Assembly (NCBI GenBank): GCA_001643675.2
Contig: LSRY02000015.1
Location: forward strand, 744,001-808,000
DNA: 64,000 nt
Origin: Monocercomonoides exilis PA203
Lineage: Eukaryota; Protista; Preaxostyla
Direction of reading: 5' to 3'
Shown here piece by piece: positions 58,229 to 64,000 of this stretch (positions are counted from its first letter, which is position 1; each line of letters begins with the position of its first letter). The notes under the pieces were generated by a model, which was not told the DNA's origin, made no database searches, and saw only the letters and a program-made list of their open reading frames with translations. Made by a program: the position numbers and the translations under genes.

Positions 58229-59149
58229 TATTCGAAAATTCTATGAACATTTCAAAGACAACTATTTATTATCATTTGCTGTATTATCATATTCTGACTT
58301 TATTATTTTCACTATTTTGATGATCTTTGATTATTCAAAAAAGTCATTTTTTCAACAAATATTTGAGATAAAAAAATACAATATCAAAGTCTCTGAAAAC
58401 AGAATGAAACAGAATTATCACTTTATATGGAGGAAAACATGAACCTTAAAGTGTTTTTAGAAATAGGCAATAAATCTTTGTTTTAATCAATGCTTTAATA
58501 ATTTATAATGGATTTAAAAATGAATTGGATTTTTATTTCTGTAAACAAACATCATTTGAATAAAAATAATTATGCGTTTTGACATCACACGATAAAAATA
58601 TGAACCCATTTTATGTTTATTTTTTTGATCACAAAAAGTTCATTCGTTGAGCGTTATTCTTCAATGAAAATGTTCGAAGTGCAATAATTAACCCCATATA
58701 TGCTTTTTTAATTATCTTTAATAAGATTGTTTTCTTCGTCTATATGAAAGTTTGGATAAGACAAACGTTATTCAATTCTTTCTCTTGTATTTGAGATCAC
58801 ATGCTTGCAAGGCTTTTCTGATCACATTATGACAACAGCTTTTTATTCTTTCCATTCCTTCTGAATTTTTTCTTTTTTTATATTGTGATCTTGTTTTGAT
58901 AAAGAACCATATGTTGAAGGCTGTATCCTCTTATTCATCTTCCTTTGGTTCTTCAATCTTTAAAGGGATAATTATTTTGGTAGTCGTTAGTCACTTGATT
59001 TTTGTCATTTTTTTTTCTCATATGGCACTGTTTTTTCACAACTGCGACCATCTTTTCCTCGTTATTCTAGCTTTCTTTCCTTCCTCTCTGTTCGCCTTTT
59101 TCAGTGTGCTTCGTCTGCTTTATCAATCCTTCTGTTGATGAAGCAATAA

Positions 59150-60355
59150 CCCTGCCCATTGATGAATCAAAATCTGACATGAAGTGATGTCAAACAATTA
59201 TCCTTGCCTGAATTGAAAGATATGCAAACTTTGCAATCTGCACTGGAGGAAAACCTCCCATTGTCAAAGCCGAAATCGAAGATGCCTTGATTGAGTTTGG
59301 AGTAAAAGTGTCTAGTATCCCGGCGTTGGAAAGAGCTTCCTTCGCATATTTGCGAATTCTTCCTGATGTCAATGGCGCAAAGGTATTTGTATTTAGGAGC
59401 AAACTGTTCGTGTTTGGATTTGCTTGTTGAACTCTCTCCCACAAGGTCTTAATCGCGAAAGCAGGACAAATAAGTGGTAATTCTTATAAATACGGGACGG
59501 CAATCTCCGTGCTTGTCTCTGAAGTCTTCAGTCTCGTGTCAAGATATATTCCTTCTTCTTTAAACCTTGAGCTTCTCATATCAATTCCCTCCAACTCAGT
59601 AAATGAGCAAGCAGAAAATAATATTGTGAATACAATCACTTTTATTGTCAATTGCTTAAAGCTTAGTGTCTCATTCAGCACCTGATCTGCAAATTATTTC
59701 TTCAACGTCTGTGGATTCCAGATTTCTTTGCTTTCTTTTTTCTTTTATCTGTTTATTCTTCTGAATGCTCTGAATAGCATCTTTATGAGTGGGATATCAC
59801 CAAAGCACGTATTGAAAACGAGACTGGAATAAAAAGAAACTGCAGCTCTTGTTATTTGCAAGCACGTGAGCGACATTCAGCCATTCCTTAGTGATAAAAT
59901 TACGTTGGAGCAATTCGATTCCCAATCGAAAATATTGTCCAATGTTTCTTTGTGGACACATTCATTCCATTGTTTTCCAAAATGTGCATAGCCGAAGAGG
60001 TTTCCTTTCCACATTGTCTCCGCTATTTCCTTGCAGCACTCCTCTGCAAGATCTGTTGAGAAAGCTTTTTGCTTCAAAGCGTGTTTCCACCATTCTTCTC
60101 CTATCCGCTGAAAGGATTCAACTGCACGATCCTCAACCGTCCTTGAAGAAGACTTGCATTCGTCCATAGCATTGAAGTGCATTTTCGAAAAACTTTCTTT
60201 TGCAGATTCCAGCCCCAGCTCCTGTGTGGTGTCGACCTCTAAAGAGTGTCCCAGTTATGGACTTTCCTGCTCGGCAGGAGTGAGATCACTTTAACTTTCT
60301 ACCACTTCGTTTTCTGAATCATTGGAACAATCAGCGAGACAGGGGCATAGGTCTA
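59150..60355 (-). pseudogene. Relic of a DIRS-like tyrosine-recombinase retroelement (YR domain plus upstream methyltransferase-like fragment)
   Basis: Stop/frameshift-broken pieces 'KEIWNP', 'LSFKQLTIKVIVFTILFSACSFTEL', 'RLKT', 'LICPAFAIKTL', 'IRKYAKEALSNAGILDTFTPNSIKASSISAL' follow the DIRS YR motif order. Upstream 'YAPVSLIVPMIQK..VISLLP' resembles the DIRS MT-like 'PPxxLI' segment. Confidence 0.65.
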
Positions 60356-60436
60356 AATTGTATCAATAATGAATTTGACTTTTTTCTTTGTGAATTCTCG
60401 AAATATTATTGATTGTTGTAATTAATAAATACTATG

Positions 60437-60691
60437 TGGGTGATTATTTTTGAAATCATATCTTTTTTCGGGGTGTTTATTTTCAAAGATTGTTTGTTTT
60501 TTGAAGAGATTTTGTGATCAAATACAAAATTTATCTCAACTATTTTGAAAAGAAATATTTTAACCTAATCAAAGAAAAAATTGTCTTCAATAAGCTTCTT
60601 CACTTTTCACTGTTTCTTGGAAAACATTTATGATTAATTTTTGTACCGAAAAATATGCATGAAAAAATATGATTTCAAAAATAATCACACA
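60437..60691. mobile_element. ~255-bp MITE-like element (family C)
   Basis: TIRs TGGGTGATTATTTTTGAAATCATAT / ATATGATTTCAAAAATAATCACACA. Second copy at 45587-45843. Confidence 0.8.
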
Positions 60692-60989
60692 TATTCCAGG
60701 TATCACAACTGTTTTTGTAAAGTTTTTATCTGTTTTCAGAAAAACTTTTCCACAAAAATTCAATTTTTCTGTCTTTCGAAATTGATGTTTCAATACAAAT
60801 TTCGCTTATTTAATCCTTCAACTCAATCTTTATCCCTCATCTATTTCTGCTCTTGCGTCCACATTCCTCCTTCGTTGAATTCCACACCACAAAAGTCTCA
60901 CCTGCCTTCACACTTTTCGCAATCACAACGCCATCACATATTGTCCGATTAACATTCAGAATTATTTCTTTCACCAGAATTCTTTCTCC

Positions 60990-62345
60990 TTATGTTGATC
61001 CTGCTGATGATGGCTCGACAAACAGAGGTTGACTCATTTTCATATTTTCTATCTCAATATCACTCAATGTCAGCTGCCTTAACTGCACTTCAAACACAGA
61101 TGGAGATATTATGCTTCCTCCAGTTACTCCTGAGATAAAAACATCCTCCAATGAGACTGGACCGCTCCCATCAGGCACCACAAATGCAATTGGTGAAGTT
61201 TTGGCAATTGAGTTGCAGTCAACCTTCAAACGGCTCATTCCCAGATGACCTGTTGACACACTGAACAGCGTTGTCGAAGTCGAAGAAAGAAAATTCGTCC
61301 CAATCACACTCACTGTCTTTCCTCTCCCAACAACAGATATATTCTTTTCTCCAATTTCAATTGTCGTTGTCTCTCTTTGATGTTTTCCTTCCATCGGTGT
61401 AATCGATAAGATCGTTTGCGTCAAACTTTGACTAACTGCGACACCAGTTGTTCGGCTTGCGCTAGACTGGTCCATTCCACACTGATCGTCGTCAACTCCA
61501 CTGCTCACAGCCACAAATCGGTTGAGAATCCCTCTTTTCAGCCAATCCTTTTTTTCTGTGTGATAGTATGACCAACTCCCATTTGAATAATCATATCCAT
61601 AACATGCTCTCTTGTCATTTTCATTTGTTGTGTAGCATTCATAGAAAGGATTGTTTGAAGACTAAAAAACATTATATTGATCAAAATACATCACATCATG
61701 CCCATATGTAGTGGAGGTTGTTCTGCATTTGCATTCGTGAAAGAACAAAAAATAACAATAAAACTCATCACTTGGCTCTGTTGATTGAGCAGGATGAAAC
61801 CAAAATCCCTTCCATATGCCGATGCATTACATGATAGAAACAGAATGCTCCTCATTTTGAATTTCGTTAGAACATATTGACAACACATGCCTCCACCGTT
61901 ATTTGCAGAAACTGAGCATGAAGTGAAAATGCAGTCAAGCACACACGCACTTTCCCCTCCTCCATTTTCTGTTGGAATGCAATCTGTTCCTGAAACCTGA
62001 AAATCATTAAGATAAAGTCCTCCTCCCACTCGATCTGCTTTGCAATTCTGAAATTCACATCCGCTGATCCGAACACATGCTGAAATCTTATTTATGAATA
62101 TTCCACCCCCACAATAATTTTGCGCAGAACAAGAATCAAATGTGTTATTCACAATCTCAACAAATTTTATTGTGGCAATTTAAACCGCCTCCTGAATAAT
62201 GAGCATAGCAGTTGCTGAAAGTGCAATGAGAAACTGAAAGTTCTCCATTTCCCTTGTTGTGCATGAAAATTGCCCCTCCACTCGATATCCCATCAGTGTA
62301 ATAGTCGCTTTCTCCTATTGTCTTCGATCCACTCCATTCACACAT
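60990..62345 (-). pseudogene. Frameshifted N-terminal ectodomain fragment of the giant receptor superfamily
   Basis: Consecutive broken ORFs with 'SGGAIFMH..LSVSHCTFSNC', 'GGGIFINKIS..FQNCKA..GGGLYL', 'DWLK..RFVAVS..DDDQCG' and 'IEIGEKNISVVG..LFSVSTG' match the order of motifs in genes A and B. No TM or kinase part. Confidence 0.75.
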
Positions 62346-63073
62346 AATTGATGAATTTTCTTAACTGAGAGATCCTCTCTCTTTAAAAACAACCAATTAT
62401 CAAATATTCATTATTCTTCGAATATAATTTGATTACAACTTATAAGAAGCAAGTTGATGAAAATTAATTTATGAAACACGTTGAATTTTATTTTATCGGA
62501 AAATATATTTGGTTATAAACAATTTTAATGTCATAATAAGTTCACAAAACACAAAATGAAAATTGAACAAAATTAATTATGTGTTTGATCAATGATTTTA
62601 ATTTTTATTTTTTTATCAAAGATTTTTTAAATTTTTTACAATTAAATAATAATTATTAATTTAAGCAATCAATAATATTTCAAAAATTCACAAAAAAGGT
62701 CAAATTACCTACTGGTTCAATTTCTACCAACGCTATCCATCTCTCCAACTTGTGATTATGACTTGTTGAAAACGTATCCAAAGTCAGTATCATCTATGCT
62801 ATCCTCAGAATCTCCAGTATCTCTTCTGCTCAAACTTCGTAATCTCCTGCACTTGTGAACCTTGAGAAAGCATCTCCTTTTTTGTTCTTGGAACCAAGTG
62901 TGTGATTGACTCTCATCTCTATCTGCATCTATTCTCTCCATCTTCATATCTTTCACCTCACAGTTCTCAGATTCATTCCTGCATTTCATCTGTTTATATA
63001 GAACATCACTTCTGTGTTGTGTGATCTCAGATTCAGTTGACTGATTCCGTTAATCGACAGTGCTGGGACGAAA

Positions 63074-63316
63074 TGTGTTATTCTTTTTGAAAAGTCGCAA
63101 ATATTTTATTTTCAAAAAAAATCAAAAATTTCATGTTTTGCTCAAATTTCTGTCACCGCTCATGAATCTTCTCATGAATGTTTAAATTATCATTATTAAG
63201 AAATGGATTTTATTTTGGTGAAGTTTCGTAAATGGGAACAGAAATTTGAGCAAAATATGAAAATTTTTATTTATTTGAGAATCAAACATTTGCGACTTTT
63301 CAAAAAGAATAATCCA
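63074..63316. mobile_element. Hairpin MITE-like element (family B)
   Basis: ~95-bp inverted arms TTATTCTTTTTGAAAAGTCGCAAAT..CAAATTTCTGT / ACAGAAATTTG..ATTTGCGACTTTTCAAAAAGAATAA. Homologous to 17921-18345. A stray arm fragment lies at 63502-63537. Confidence 0.8.
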
Positions 63317-64000
63317 TATATCTGTGTTAAATAAAAACTGAATCTCATTTGAACATTTTTGTCAATTAACTCATCAAACTTTATCTCTTTACAAAAAAGA
63401 ATAATAAAACATATTAGACACAAGAATATGTGTATGGTATAAAATTTTGTAGATTTGTTGACAAACATAATCAAATGTGGTACAGTTTTTTAAACACAGG
63501 TATTAAACATTTGCGACTTTTCAAGAAGAATAACCCAAGTTGTTGTTATTTGAATTTATAATGTGTGTTGATTAAACAATTTGGCATTGCAAATTTTTGA
63601 TGAGGAAAAAATTATAACATTATGAATTTTTTGTCCCCAAAAAATGAAAATTTTGAAATTGAGTTTTCAACTTTTAACTTTTGACACACACAAAATTTAC
63701 AAAGAATTTTAATAAATATATTATTGCTCATAATGTTTCATTATATAAACACAAAATAATTATCTATTTAATATTTCTTTTGTTGATATTTGGATTTTAT
63801 ATTAAAAAGATGAGGTGTGAAAACTGATGGAAATAAAGAGTTTCTCAAATTAGAAAATAATGAAAATATATAAAAAAGAAAAGTTTGAAAACAATGCCAG
63901 CCAGAAAAGCACTGAGTGCCAAAAGCTCGTGGAAATACGAGCAAAACATTGATCAAAAAATAGAACTTTAAAAACTTAAATTTTTCATTTGAAGAATATG

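Noticed and set aside
62756-63065. Higher-GC segment with a 77-aa minus-strand ORF
   Set aside because: Probably a gene fragment, but no family could be assigned.

Overview
Eukaryotic (protist) genomic DNA read with the standard code: AT-rich intergenic DNA, short GT-AG introns and low-complexity Ser/Glu-rich proteins. The gene families and style resemble the oxymonad Monocercomonoides (inference, not verified). In order, the window holds: a 5'-truncated BIG/Sec7-family Arf-GEF-like gene; a TM2-domain gene; a 7-exon F-BAR+SH3 gene head-to-head with a 6-exon CCDC152-like gene; a cluster of foldback/MITE elements; a giant single-pass receptor-like gene (beta-helix-type ectodomain plus degenerate kinase C-lobe); an intact intron-containing pogo-like DD35D transposon; a divergent actin; a bromodomain+ET gene; an ARM-like gene; a second receptor paralogue in inverted orientation; a decayed pogo element; a DIRS-like tyrosine-recombinase relic; and a receptor-family pseudogene. 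Highlights: (1) the two convergent receptor-pseudokinase genes are mosaics of near-identical and divergent blocks, suggesting gene conversion or inversion-driven ectodomain shuffling; (2) the Sec7 protein lacks the catalytic glutamate and carries an inserted CBM48-like glycogen-binding domain; (3) all predicted splice donors have T at +4. All family calls come from motifs recognised by eye; no searches were run.
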